Shown: positions 12,091-26,900 of the stretch, piece by piece | Numbering within the stretch: the first letter of the stretch is position 1 | Layout: each line of letters begins with the position of its first letter | From: Balanoglossus misakiensis | Taxonomy: Eukaryota > Animalia > Hemichordata | Reading direction: 5' to 3' | Assembly (NCBI GenBank): GCA_040954595.2 | Contig: CM082577.2 | Location: forward strand, 17,243,903-17,307,902 | DNA: 64,000 nt | Position numbers and translations under genes: made by a program | Notes under the pieces: model-generated | Told to the model about the DNA's origin: nothing | What the model saw: only the letters and a program-made list of their open reading frames with translations | Databases searched by the model: none

Positions 12091-12754
12091 ATCAAAACAT
12101 CAGGTGGTGCGGATCACGCACTACACCCAAAACTAATTATACGTTGATCAAAATGTGGCATACAAGAAAACAGTTCAGTTTTGTGTGCTTTACCAGACAT
12201 ACATTTTTCGTATTTTACTACACAACATCCGAGTTGATTTTACATAAAGTTGACATTTGTATGTAACAATATCCCTTTTTATAAACATTCTAAAAATTTA
12301 AAAAAATGACAGGTTAGGTACATGGCTACTGTTCCAAGCTTGAGAAGTGCAGGTGCAGTGGTTTTCTCGATCTACGGTGACAAAGAATTAGCATGAAGCG
12401 AAAGAAGAAGAACTCGAGCAATACCAATAAGGAAAGGGGGCCCACCAGCACCATGCTATAATCAGACCACATAAACATAAGACTGTGCGTAACTCCATGG
12501 CCTGACAACAAAAAACATGATATCAGTTTTATGAGAGCTATCACTATTATGGTCAGAGATCACCATCCCTCGAGCAGGCTAAAGATCGTGATATTGCCCT
12601 CGCTAACGTGCGTTATTATTTAACTATCATCTTTCGCGAAAATTTCCTGGTTTACGGTAGTTACATTTCTTATTACTGATCTATTTCCAAAACTACAACA
12701 CTATAGTCAATTGGATGATATATTATAGGTCTTGAAATATCTGAATGCAATTAA

Positions 12755-13737
12755 GGTGGTTGGAAAGGCTATTTTTGAAGCAAATTCTCTCAATGTTTGT
12801 GAATTTATTTTCACAAGTTAGAATAAAGATAATGACTTGAAATTTGCAGCATGTATTCTTAACAAACTAAAAAGTGAGGGAAAAATATGACTGTAAAAAT
12901 ATCTGCTAAAATTATGAAATTTGATACGCCTAAATATAAATATTCATAATTTTGCAAAATATTGATTGAATCTTGACATGTTTTCACAAATTATTGAATA
13001 ATTTGTATTTATTTTAATATGAAGCAACCCCTCCAGCAATGTATGGGACACTTTCAGCAAAAACTAATTTTTTTCAAAGTTATCACTCAGGAAAACAACA
13101 CAGTTTTTGTTGATATTTTGTATACAACTTTAACGTGCTGCCACAACACAACGGGAAAACTTATGAAAAAACTGTCCCGTAAAATTGTTCTTTGGGATGT
13201 CCCGAGCCTTTCCTGAAAGTTTCATGATAAAAAAATATCTGGCATACCAATTCAATCACAAATAAAAACCATTACATTATGGCGAAGGGCAGAAAAGTAG
13301 CGAAATACGCAAAGTTTAGCGGCAGTTCACGGCGAAGGATCGCATTTATCTGGGTCAAACGCTTTTCCGCTGGCCTTTCGGGTTCCCTAGAAATGCAAAA
13401 ATGTCCATAATTTGGCAGCCTTTAATAAACAAGCAAGGTTATCTATCGCTGAAAATTGCAAGAATCAGTGTTTGCAAGTTACATTTAAATGCCCTTGGCT
13501 AGGGGAACCCGTCCTTGTGCGCATAGCCTAGGAGAAGTCTTCCCCAAGAGGGCGCTCAAATAAGGCTCCCTAGCTTTCTTGCCAGATGTATGAAATTAGG
13601 TATCATAAAACCAGCCATATCTTGTTACACGTGTATTTTCCCGAATTTTTCATAAGTTTAATTTTTCTCTAATACATTTCTAGATATAAGTGTTTTTAAA
13701 TGAAATTTTAACTGACACCCTAGCCTTTCCAGCCACC
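12755..13737. mobile_element. Kolobok-like non-autonomous element
   Basis: TTAA|GGTGGTTGGAAAGGCTA ... TAGCCTTTCCAGCCACC|TTAA. TTAA TSD with purine-purine ends. Confidence 0.75.
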
Positions 13738-14945
13738 TTAAGCAATGACCCCCACCGCATTAAACATAAGCAGACGATAAAAAGTGGCAAGTCCGGCGTC
13801 GTGCATGGCAAAGTACAAAATATTCCAAAAATAAAGTTACGTCCGTACATGTATATCAACAGTATTTTTATTTTATTTATTTAGTTTAACCCCAAGCGAC
13901 TGTGGTTTAACCGCACATTTTCCCTGCTGCATGCTAGTTCAGGGGCCCGTTTTACCACTGCCAGCCATGGTAAACCAGTACTTTACCATCCCGGGATTGA
14001 GCTTTCGTCCAATCAGAATGGCGGACGGTAGCATGGAACATGTATAATATAATACACTATATATACACTATTTGGCAGTTGGTCAGTAAATTAACTGCCA
14101 ATTTGCTTATCAAATACACTTCTGCAATCACCACTGTAAGTATGAGTTGCTGGTCCAAATGAGATGAAACGTACTACAGAAATGATTGTCACTACTGGCC
14201 AGCGTAGAATGATATGATTTTATTAAAGTAATAGACCTGCTACACTGAAGTGAAAAAAACACATCCTTGAATTACATGCGATTACTTTGTGCATTGTATG
14301 ATCATTTATTGTAATGGTGTCTGTGTGCAGTTTTTATTTTGAAATATGTTTGCTTTGGTGGATCTGTCTTACTTTCATTCTGCAAACGTTCCGATCGGTA
14401 ACCCATAATGGATATGTTATGTCTCCCAATTGAGGGAAGAACATGTTTTCGGGTGATGCCGGGGTATGTTGGGTTAGGTGATGGTTGATGAAGAGACGGG
14501 AACACGTGTAGTGTGTAGATTTAAAACGCTGATGACTTTATTCAGGAAGGCCAGCCGTGGACATACAGGACAAGCCTGCAGTCCCGGCTGGACCAGCGGA
14601 ACGATCGCACTCCTAGAATTCTCGAACTAAACTAACTAACCCACCAAGATACAGAATCATTTTTAAAACACATGAAACTGCCCACGTGGGTTCTTTACAA
14701 AACACTATTGTTCTTCGCCCAAGCTGTGAACGCCGGTAGTCAAAATGTAAATTAGTTACAGCCAGCCACCAGTACGTAAAATTCTTTATGTGATTGTGAA
14801 TTGGTGATTTTGGATGGCATTTTGGCGTTCCCACATCCCTTATCCAACGTCAGATTGATGTCATGACAGACCGGTAATTTGCGATTGTTAAAACATTTGA
14901 AAGAAAGTTGTCGGTATGCTTTTTTCCAGCACGTGGGATTACAAC

Positions 14946-17900
14946 ATGTGGCAAAGAAACAGCGTACTTTTCGCCGGCATCATCTTGTACGTGATTCTCG
15001 TGCACACCTTATCTCATGCGAATGCAGGTAAGGGAAGAATTCCATCGTGGATAATAACGCGGAAGCTTAGGGGGCTTTAAGTACGACGAATTCGTTACGA
15101 CACCGTATATATATGTATTTGATACATTTTAAGAAAGGTTTACTGGTACAAGTATGCTTTCTTATGTCACACTGAACCCTCTGCCTCAATTCGTTTGCTA
15201 TTTTATTAATTTTTCGACGATTGCATAATAAATATATAAGACATGGCCAAAATCAAAATACACATTCAAGAAATACTTAATTACCATTTTTATTGTTTAA
15301 TATATACACATTATTGAAGAACAATTGCCCAAATATCGCTCTTTAAATTCCATCACCAGAATTACTGTGGGTGTATTGAATCGAATCAAATTATTGAATT
15401 TAATTGTGGTCCATAGGGTGGGCGCCCTCCAAAAACAGTAATTGAGTTTCAGAGTGGTGACCTTTGCAATTCGACATCAAACTTCCAGTCGGGTTACCAA
15501 CTCGCCTTTTTGATTTAAAACTACACCCACCCACCCTTTAACTAGGTGCAACATGTGCCTATATTATATTGCGGTTTTTTGGCAATTTTGCGAGGCACCT
15601 ATAATAAACGATCCAGCTCTGTCGTTGTTTCTATTTGTACTTCATGTATAGTTAATTCCATTGAATCCAGTTCAGTTGATTAACTTAACTGTAATTGAAG
15701 TGAATACTTACAAATGCAGGTTTTGTATTTAGCGAGTGCTAAGTCATGTTGTCTTAACGTGTTTTCAGGATGCAAATATGGCTGGAAGCGTACTTCAGGA
15801 TATTGCTATTACTTCAGCACAGGCACGCGGCATTGGGATTCAGCAGATTCACAATGTCAGTCATATGATTCCCATTCAGATCTTGCAAGCATCCTTAGTC
15901 AATCTGAAAACGTGAGTTGTTTTATGTTTTCTTTCCTTTTACGTTCTATATATTTCACGAGATAAGTTAAAGTGAAGGGGTCGTCGCGCCGCGTTTGTTT
16001 ATAAACATTACAATTCATCCACAACAAATTAGATCATTCTTAGAATGAACTAAGCAGCCAACTGTAGTGTAGACTGGGCATGGTAGCGAATGAAGATCCT
16101 AGTAGGTCGTGGCGACTGCAGTGGGGTTTGCGCTGGTACGAGAGGGCATATTCTCATCAAGGGGGACACCCTCGCGGTGCGACGACCCCTTCCCTTCAAC
16201 ACACCACCCTAACTAGCAACTGTTGTTTTTCGAAGGACTGGATTAAGAACAATATGAATGATCACTCATACATAGGAGCTAACGACAAAATTTCAGAAGG
16301 GAGTTGGATGTGGAGCGATGGAGAACCATGGAGTTATTCGTAAGTTAAATCAGATGGAGGTGATTAGGGTTTTAAAATTGGGAGATAATGCGTACTAAAA
16401 GCCAACATGCATGGGCCCGGAAGCCTCGCTCATGAAATTTTGGCTTTCCCTCGCCCTTGCCCATAAACAAACGTTAATGGTCAGGGCGTCGTCCATTATT
16501 TCTATATTATTCGGCTCATGAATAGGCAAGTTAAATCGTTAAACTTAGGGGCGAATAAAAGTACAAATGTTGTCATGAGACAAACGAACCTATCTCAATC
16601 TCTTATATTAATTAAATCGCCGAGTAAAGGTAAATGCCAATGTTCACAGACGCTGGCAACCAGGTGAGCCAAACAACGGTGGACTCGGTATTGAAAAACA
16701 AAACTGTGGACAAATAATATTAGGAAGTGGAGAATGGGATGATCTTAATTGCGGAGAATATCGCACCTACGTGTGTAAACGAAAAGAAGGTTAGTATAAT
16801 TCCCCGGTTATTTTTGTCAATTTATTCTACATAAGTTATTAATTGACTGGAAATCTGAAACCTTTTCTCGGATTCTGAGATTACTTTCTCTTACTATTGA
16901 GAAAGCAAATTAATCGCCTGGCATAGGGTAGAATATAATTGGGCAAAATTGTTCCAATTTGTTTCAAATTCAAAATTCAAAATGGCCACCAATATATATA
17001 TCAATAAAGAAACAAAACGATGAACACCCAGATATTTTCGTGTTTTTTTCTTTTCAAAACGACTCTTTATACACCTTTATATAGCCATAAATTGAGAGGT
17101 TTGGATGTCTATCATATTTAAGTACATGTTAGTTGTATTCATTGAAAACGTGCCCATTTCTAGTGGGCAGAAAAGCCAAAAGGGGTTCCACAACTTGTTC
17201 ACAAACACTTTGTACATATGTCACGCCGATGTGTTTTCTGGGAAAAAAATGTCTCCGAGCCGTGTACTAAGTTAACTCATATTGATGCCATTATATGATC
17301 ATGACAATTCCACACACTGTGCTGACACGATATTAATACTAGTTTACCAAATGACGCCGAATTCATACACACCGTTATGTCATGAAATTGACTGTGTCAC
17401 TAGTTTAGATGTGCCAACTTGAATATTTTCCTCACACAACTTTAAATGTAGATAATTGAGGAATTACGAGTCACTTGTACGTCCTTACACAAGCAAACAA
17501 TAGACCGCACCTTCTATGATGCTGTACGGTATATTGTTTGCTATAAAAAGCAAAAGTGTGATCGATATCGGACTTCTTATAACTTATTAGTTAACCCTAA
17601 TCCAAAAGTGGATGTGTTATTGATAATTATCTGATTGTTATCAAATAATGAATGTTTTTGATAAGCGTATAGCGATTCGTCCATTTAAAAAAGCCAACAC
17701 CAACCCAAGAGTGCGGAAAAAAGCTTTCGTCGCATTTTGATTTTGTTTCAGACGTTTACTGTGACTCAAACCCATGTGATAATGGCTATTGTGATGATTG
17801 CTGGGACGGAAGTTGTAGCAGTAGCACATATTATTGTAATTGTGAGACCGAACCCTATTATGGTTCACGCTGTCAGTATGGTAAGACATTTCTTTATAAT

Positions 17901-20900
17901 GAAGTCCTGTGTTTGTCAGGTTTATACGGTTTTGTAGAAGGAATCTCAAAATATAAAGGGTGCAGAACCTATATCAAACACCCGTGAATACAAAATACTC
18001 ACGTTTTAAATGTTTGTACTTAATTTGCTGAAACATCCCGAAAATATAAATGGAAAAATAATGGTATGTCATCATCCATAGTTGGGGTGTGTACAGTGCA
18101 AAAGTTGACCCTTTCACTCCTAAAAGAATTCTACCGCTCCCTGTACCTAAAGGTTGTGTGTTATTGTTATTTCTCAGCATGCACAGCGATTGACCACTGC
18201 AGTCAAGTCACATGTACAAATGGAAACGACCAAACTTGCTATACTGGACAATGTGATTACTATTACACATGTCCTGACATAAATGATTGGACTACGTGTG
18301 AAAGTGCCTACGATCTTGTCGATTCCAATGGTTATCCCGATAATTATTGCAGACGTAAGTAATTAACGTATTCGTATTGTTAACATATTTCTAATATGTG
18401 TTTTTTTAATTAATATTATATCGCGACTGTAGCAGTCTGGTCTCAGGCCCTACCATAACAACCCCGTCGATGACTTGAGTGCAGAAGGCCATCGATTTTC
18501 CTTGTCGCTTTACGTATTAAACACAACATGACCTTTGCTGCAAATTTAGTCTATACTTAGTCTACAAAACGGCGTATTGCAGTTAGCATGAGCCTTATCG
18601 AAGACATGATGTGACAACGGTGTATCGTTTTAAGGATGTACGTTCAGTAAAATTAAAAGTATTGTCATTTTTTATTGTGGATTTTTGGATTCTCCTTTGT
18701 ATGTATAATGAAAATCCGCAATAAAATAAAGGGGTCACCGCGCTTGTTTTTGAAATACAGAGCCATGAATTTCGTCGATAATAGAAGAAAACAGCTGACT
18801 CGCCAATGGTTTGTCTATGGGCTCAATTGTTAGCGCAATTTACCTCAAAATAGAGCGCGGTGACCCCTATATTTTATTTGACCAATTAATTTATATTATA
18901 TTACCATGGCCTGTGAGTCGCATTTTCATTGGTCTAGATGAACGACGTCACTGACCACAAATACTCAGTAATGGCTTGTTTACATGCCCGTTAACCTGAA
19001 TATTAATATTAACAAACAGTTCAGTGAATACAACATTTTGCGTAACACTAGTTCCGGGCCCCTAGTGGGACATTTTAGTAAATTTTGACGGTTTTCTTGA
19101 GTTCGTTGGTAATATAATGGAAATAACCGACTCCGCCCTGACCATAAACGTTTGCTCGAGGAAAGCCAAAATTCATGGGCTCGGAAGCCTCGCCCATGAA
19201 TTTTTGGCTTTCCTCTCGCCCTTGCCCATAAACAAACGTTTATGGTCAGGGCGTCGTCCATTATTTCTATATTTACCGGACTGAGCTTTGTGTGAAATTT
19301 CGTGAAAATGACAATAGTAGAAGTTTGTTTTCTAGCGATTACCAATGTAATCCTATGGGAAAAAGACGGGTGCGCGCAGTTTTCCGGTTTATGTTCTGCG
19401 CGTACATCCTTAACAGATTAAGGATGAATTTGTAAAAAAAAGCTTTCAGAAATGTAAGTGTGTCGGGCACCCTCGTGAAAGAACGTGGTTCACGAATGAG
19501 CAAAACCGCTGCTGGTTTCTTTATATGTGCGCTTATTTTCCAAAGCCTACTACTAGAAAATAAATACAGTTAGCCATTGGTTGATACCCATTCCAAAGCT
19601 CATGATTGTGATAAATTATACATGACCAATTGTTCAAGCGGAACATATAAACGAATAGAGAACAACACTGACAATCAACAAAGAACACAGTCAGATCAGT
19701 TAAAGAAAGACACATTGGGCAAGAGTAAAAACGTCCAAGAAGTTATACCAGGTATTACTAAATAGTATGAGCAAACCTGTCCCCACATGTGACACCCGCC
19801 ATATATCAATTTCTAAGTCATTTGTAAGTATGCATGATAGGTGACATCGTCTTTCTGAAAAAAAGCAGTATAAAAACAACAACATGATATTGCATTTTGT
19901 AATAGCTGGTGAATGAACATGCTTTATGCTAGCGAGAGTGGAATGTTGATGTCGAGGTGTGAAAAATTGATGGGAGGAGTAAAGTTGAGTATGTGTTTTT
20001 TGTCATACAGCTTACTGAAAAGATAGCCGCGAGCGTCATATCCGAGTAAAACTATCAGGATATATATAGAGAGCAGGAGAAGCTGAATCTGGGGTTTCGT
20101 TAAAATCAAATTATATCAGCATTATATACTATAGGGCATCTTAAAGTAGAGTTATAGTTATAGCGCATCAAAAGCTTTAGTTACAGAATATTTGGACTAC
20201 ATTTGATTTTAACAATAACGCGGACACTGAAAATCATTTTGGATTGCAACTGAGGCTCTCGGGAAAAACGTTACTTACATATACGATATACTAGTCTGAT
20301 TTTAAGAGAAATGACGTTTGTCACAATTCTATTCACTATGTTTTTTTGTGTGTGCAATGCACAACGTTCAGTAATATAACGTTATACAATATGGTTTGCT
20401 TCTTTGCAGCAAGATGTTCATGGCGAGATGACAGTACTCCGTGTTATCCGGGCACGTGTCCTAATGCCGCAGAAACATGTCAGTGTGCAGAGGGATATAG
20501 TGACGAGGATTGTCAGACAAGTAAGCTATTGGTGGCGTTGCTACCATACATACCTTTATATCCATTTTAGGCCTTTTCTTATATATAAATATGGTTTTAT
20601 TTCAGCTTTCGACAGTTTGAAAAAACTACCTTATCTAGCGTTTGTGTTTAATAATAAGGCATCGTGACCTGATGGTGAGGAAGAATAACAATTGGGAAGA
20701 GGGGGGGGGGGTAGATTCCTGTCAGAGTTTACCAGACTTATAAAATAAGTTAAAATAAAAATATACCATGATTTTATTCATACTTACATATGAAGCGCAA
20801 TTACAGTTACAAAACGCATCAGTGTTAATTAGGTATAATCCTTGTGTGTGACAAAAATCTTCTCGAAGTTTAACAAATTTTAGTTTACCTTTGCAGTAAA

Positions 20901-23900
20901 GAACATACATACATGCAATGCTTCACTCTGGGTTAGTGGTGGAGCTATCGAATACCAATCCGACTTATAGATGTTGTTACCGGCTTTACACATCGATATA
21001 TAGTATATCAAATTGAAGAAATGCTTTTGTTGAAAGAACACGTATGGTGTAAATAACGTGACAAACCCACGATGTCTGTTATACATTAGCACAATTTCGG
21101 AAATGACATCGATGAACGTAAATTACTTTTCTGGTGTATTTTTGCTATACGAAGATTTCTTTTTACTTTCACAGTTACTGTTTACCCAGAATGGCTATGG
21201 TGTCTTACAAAGCTAATACAAGACAAAAGTGGAAGCAGAACAACCTTGACAGACCTGGAATGCCTTAACTATACAACAGCATTTATTGGTAACAATACCA
21301 CACCGTATTTAAATGTCATTGAAGTCGATTGGGAATCTCTATTTTATGGTCCATCCCCAAATGACTATCCACCAGCACATTACGTGAGTGATTTCAGCGT
21401 TGGGATCATTAATGCATCATTTACCTGGGAACACATGAGAGGTATGTCGATTGACAGATTAGAAAATATGTTAAGATGTACTCAATATCCAACATTATTA
21501 TAATAACTGATATTCATGTATAATATTGTCAAGTACTGAAATGAGTTTAAGGTAGTTGCAACAAGACAGAATTACTGCTTGTCTATAAAACAAAATTATA
21601 GTCTATCGTCAGCGAGTTCTATTTTCAGGTAATGCACGAGTTGCATCGGGATCAGTACAGTGTTCATCTGCATACAGTAAAGATAACCCAAACAAGGGAG
21701 TGCACGACTGTACACAAAGCGATTATTTTGATGGAAACAGTCTGGAAAACGGGGACAGGTATTTTCAGCTTGAAATCTTACATCAATACGTTGGATGGAA
21801 AATACTTCTCTCTCACAAGAAGCAGAATGTTTGATACAAATATATTTGCAATACGGGTTGTCGTCCATCAGAGTGTTTGACCTAAAACCCATGATATTAT
21901 CCACATAACTTTTGTGTATCATACAGACATATCAAACGTAACACATGAGCTGCTCTTCACCCTCGGTGATAAACTATATTTCACGCGATCTAACGAGTTC
22001 TATTATATAACACAGACTTCTTGTCACGGCACGTTCAAGTAACGGTGGATACATTGAAATAACAAACAAGGACAACAGCAAACAAAGCAACTGGTTCGAT
22101 GTGAAACATTACTACCATGGGAAAGAGATTGAACAATCGGTCGAATTCATCGTCGATCTTCTAGCTCCTCACCACTGTACAACTTCAACATCGTGTCTAG
22201 ATAGTCTACTGGAAATAGATCATATATACACAAAAAGTGTGAGTATATATCACATACATAAGGGTGATGTAAGAAAGCGTGATTTTCATCGCATTATTAA
22301 AGGCTACACCGCCGTTGTGATATTTTAATTGTGAACATCCGGACACGTTTTGTGACTAGAAAGGGGTTTCAACCGGAAATGCTTCAGAAACTATGCATTT
22401 TCGAGAGCTCCGTCGGTTTTACTTCTCAGAATGTGTATAAATCCGTCCCGGATCCTTAGGTTACACGCAAGAACAAGATCAGAAGAGTCTCGCTTCAGCG
22501 TGATCTCAAACACTGTCCTCAAAAATGTATCTGCAACAACAAACATTAAGCTTTTGCTGGTTTCACAATGACAAAATTACTCACAAATAATGTGGAGCCG
22601 GTGTCGGTTCTCTGAAGATACTGTTGCAACTGTTAGTAGCATAAAGTTAATCGAGGGTATGGAGAAAGAACACGTACATGGTTAGCAAGTAATTTGTGAC
22701 TGGAAAAGGAAACTGAGACAGAAAACCTGAACAGCTTCTTAAATCACAGGCTTCCAGTCGATGACAGATAGAACATATTGTGCCATGTTGATATATCATT
22801 ATCTTTCAAGTGTCTCTTTCCGACTTTAAGAACTGTTAATTTGTCTTTAAAATTATTTCCTCCGCATTCTGTCCATTCATGCACATATTTTTTGCCTCGT
22901 GAAGTTGATTAATATGGAGATAACAACTGACAGACTGAAAGAATTGCGAATTAAATCATCGAAAACCCCGATTGTCGGTAGAAAAACACACACGGAAATA
23001 CTAATGACAGTCAGTTGACTATTCCCAGACATAAAAATCACGAATCATGTATAGGTGTTCATCAATACTGTCTTTGTCGATTGAAGGCGCAAGTAACAGT
23101 TACGTGGTCTGGATGGGAAGATGACGGCGCAGGAGTGAAACAGTACGAGTGGAATGTTATCAAGTTGACAAGTCAAGGTACACAGCTGGACTACTCAACC
23201 ACTGCTGCAGATAGTGGCGTGGAGGACGCTGTATCAAACGGGTTTACCTCAACTGTTTCGGAACCAGGTATGATCTGTTAAAGTTTGGAATTTTATTATG
23301 GTTTACAATGTATATAGAAATTATAGCATTTTCGAAAACGTGTGCCCACATTCAGCGAAAGTTACTCATGCTAATGGCTATCATATAATTATCTGGATGG
23401 GGCTTGACTTCTAAACCGGCCTAGCGTCAATCACTTTTTCAAATGTTCACCAAACCGAAGGCTGTCAGAATGGTTCATTGTCGGAGGTAAATGTTACCAT
23501 AAGATAAGCAATGCTTAAGTTGATATACCATACATACTGTACATCGTGACGATGCACTGTTTTATTAGATATCACTTTAATTTCTGCATCAATTTGTTAC
23601 ACTGGCGTCGATATTGGAGGCCAACAACAATAATTTGCACTCATTCTCCACCGTTCTTTGTTTGAGAAAGTAGAGATAAATTTAGAGGTTTGAAAAGGGG
23701 GTGATGGTCAGGTGTATATCCCTTTAAAACTTAGAGTTATCATCTTTACATTGAATAGTTCATAACCAATAAAGAGAATAGTTATATAAAAGACTCTTCA
23801 CATTCATGTTATTTACTTAAGAAGAGTTTCAATAAGTTCGTTTTCTGTTATCATTGTCTTGTTTGGCTAAAATTAATTAGATATGTCAATTAGACAGTAC

Positions 23901-26900
23901 TACCTCTGAAAATTTTCTGCAAGTTTTTTTTATCTCACAAATACTTAACAGGTGTCTACTGTGTGCTTGTTTACGTTGATGACTTTGCTGGTAACTATCG
24001 AGTGGCTAGAAGATTTTTCACATTTGACAATGAAAGTTTCGTCGACATTAATGAAGAATACCTTATTAAGATCAGTGATTCCACAGTAAATCCTAGTACG
24101 GGAGATGTTTGGGTGACTAATCTACAAGACTCGAAGGGTACAGGAAAGCAGGTAAGGAAGACTTACTCCAAAATTTATGATGTTGTGTTTACCAGTAGAG
24201 TAAATTCGATGTTCTTTTATAGCCTAGGGCACATAAGGATAAGTCTTGCAATGGTAACTGGCAATGCGTCATCATATTACGTTTCCCGCCCATAGTATAA
24301 GTGTGTCGTACCCTTAGGTAATCGACCCATAAATCGTCAACTGAGCGAATGTCCCACCCTATAAATGACTAAATGACACATTTTGTCAATTTAGGGATTG
24401 TTTTATAAGCAATTACAAAACAGGACAGCGATATACACAATATTTCGATATCCATACAATTAAGGGAACAGAGCAAACAACCCTGTGAATTGCATTCTTA
24501 TAATTCTTCACACCTATTTTCTACAGATACACGCCACATGGACAGGGCTTTTTTCAAACGATTATCACGATATGAATAATTTCCTCGCTGCCATCGCTCC
24601 ACATGTTCCTCCAATCCCTGAACCCTATGAAGAAAAAGAAGGCCAACCGCCAACGCACAGGTCGGTAGAAGAAATCCCTCATATCAATGGCACTGTGAAA
24701 ACAGTTACAGCGTTTTCTGTCGACCATGAAGGTGGGACGTCAATTGGAGATCCCCCTGAATCCGACCTCTGGGAAGATGTTCCCGGGTTTCCTGTGAGTA
24801 AATGCAATATATTATTTTCACTTTCATGTTATCGCCTGAACTGAACATTACTGTAATCAAAAATGTGATGTGAACTGAAGATACTCACGTATCCTCGGTT
24901 TAACGTGCCTATTACTAGTAATAAATCATCTTCCAATTCAACTAATCTCTTTTGTATTGTGCTATCGATATGGAATCAGTATCTCTAGCGAATTTGACCG
25001 ATGTTTGTTAACCCTGCATTTATCGTTCAAATCTATCTAAATTGAACACTTGCAATAAATCGACACAAAACTCTGCGTCACTGTCTCATAGTACAGTAAG
25101 ATCACGTTTATTGCTGTGCGTATAAGTGACACAGCATTTATTCAAAATGTTCATTAAATGTGCGAAATTAGAGTTAATTGGTTAGACACTGTAAGATTGC
25201 ATTTGCAAACACTCAGGAAGTTTTCTCACATTCACTCAGTAACTCTGAATGTATAACCATAATTAAAATGAATTATTTAATATTCAAACTAGCACGTTTT
25301 ACACAATAGTAATGAAAATCTCAAAGCGCAGACGAACTCTTAATTATTGTAATTGTATCGGTTATCATGGTTTGTCCCCAGACTGAAGAGCGTTACTTTG
25401 ACATAGAACGAGGAGATGGAGATTCTATACGAATATGGATTACATCATATGATGTTATGAATAATTCAGCAACGGAAGACATTCTTATTCACGTTGATTC
25501 TTCTCCTCCTGAGATAAGTGATATTTGGCTGTCCAAGAATGGGGTTCAACAGTTAGCTGTACATAATTCTGAGGAATTATATGAAATGAAGTAAGTATCC
25601 TTCGCATCAATGCATGTTAATTGGTCAACATATTAAACAGAATATTGAGTCATACGATATAAACTACTGTAGACCACCGTATTCAATTATCTTGTAAGGA
25701 CAATAACACGTTTGTTCACACCATTTCGCAATCGACCATGGGATAAGAGGGGGACCCTCCAGGTAGCGTAAATTTTACAATGGAGTACTTGTTTATATAT
25801 AGATGTTATGTGCTTAATCATTCATTATATCAAATATGAGTCTTCCTGGTTATTAATTCTTCTGATTAACCTATTTCTCCTTGGTTGCAACAGCATTACG
25901 TTCAGCGCTTATGATCAACACAGTGGCTTGTATAGACTTCACTGGACGATCCATGACATGGCTAATAGTTCACATATTCTCGGAGATGGCCCAGTAGCTG
26001 TTGTGGAAGTTGAGGTAAAGTTTGAACTGGAAGCTCATGTTTACACCTGAGAATCGTTGTCATTGAGTTAAGCCTGTCAAAAAGCTGATGACTTGTTGAA
26101 CTGATTGGTTTCAATGGCTTGATTGAACATATGCAAATTATAGTTCGTTCATAAATACATATGCATTTTCGCTGACTGAAAAAAATATTCCTCTTTATCT
26201 GTAGCCACAAAACTGTTCAACACCAAACTGCATATGTATCCCAAAAGGAGAGTGTTACCTGACCGAATACAACATTGACTTGGATGCCAGTAACTTCAAC
26301 ATAAGTGGAACCCATGACCACGACTACATTATAACCATTACTGCTGAAAACGCTGCCAGGATATCATCAAGTCTTGAATTCCAGGTAAATGAAATGGTGT
26401 AGTGACTGCTATATAAAAATTATGTAACTCCTTATTATGATCGTTGTTTTGAACCCTCTATTACAAATGTCTTGTAGTACTGTGAGGTTTCCCTTTCACA
26501 GTTAATTGAACTGGCATATATATTCATTAATTATTGTATACTATCTTGATTATCTAAGCATGGTAATTTGAAGTTCTGTCCCCGGAACAATACATTGGTT
26601 TGGGTTTTTCTTACCAACAGGTAACCATTGACACCAGTCCACCAGAAACGGGATTTGTTCACGAAGGATTCAAAGTTCAGCCTGACATTGACTATCAGCA
26701 AGAGCTGACAATCCATGCATGGTGGGAAGGCTTCTTTGACAAAGAGAGTGGAGTCTTGATGTATGTATATATTTTTGGAGAAGAATGCTTTAACAACGTC
26801 AGTAGAATTGTCTTTCCGACAAGTTATCCGGTGAGTGTAATCATGCTTCATGACCCCCCCCCCCCTACATTTTCAGCTATTCCATAGAAATCTTTATATT

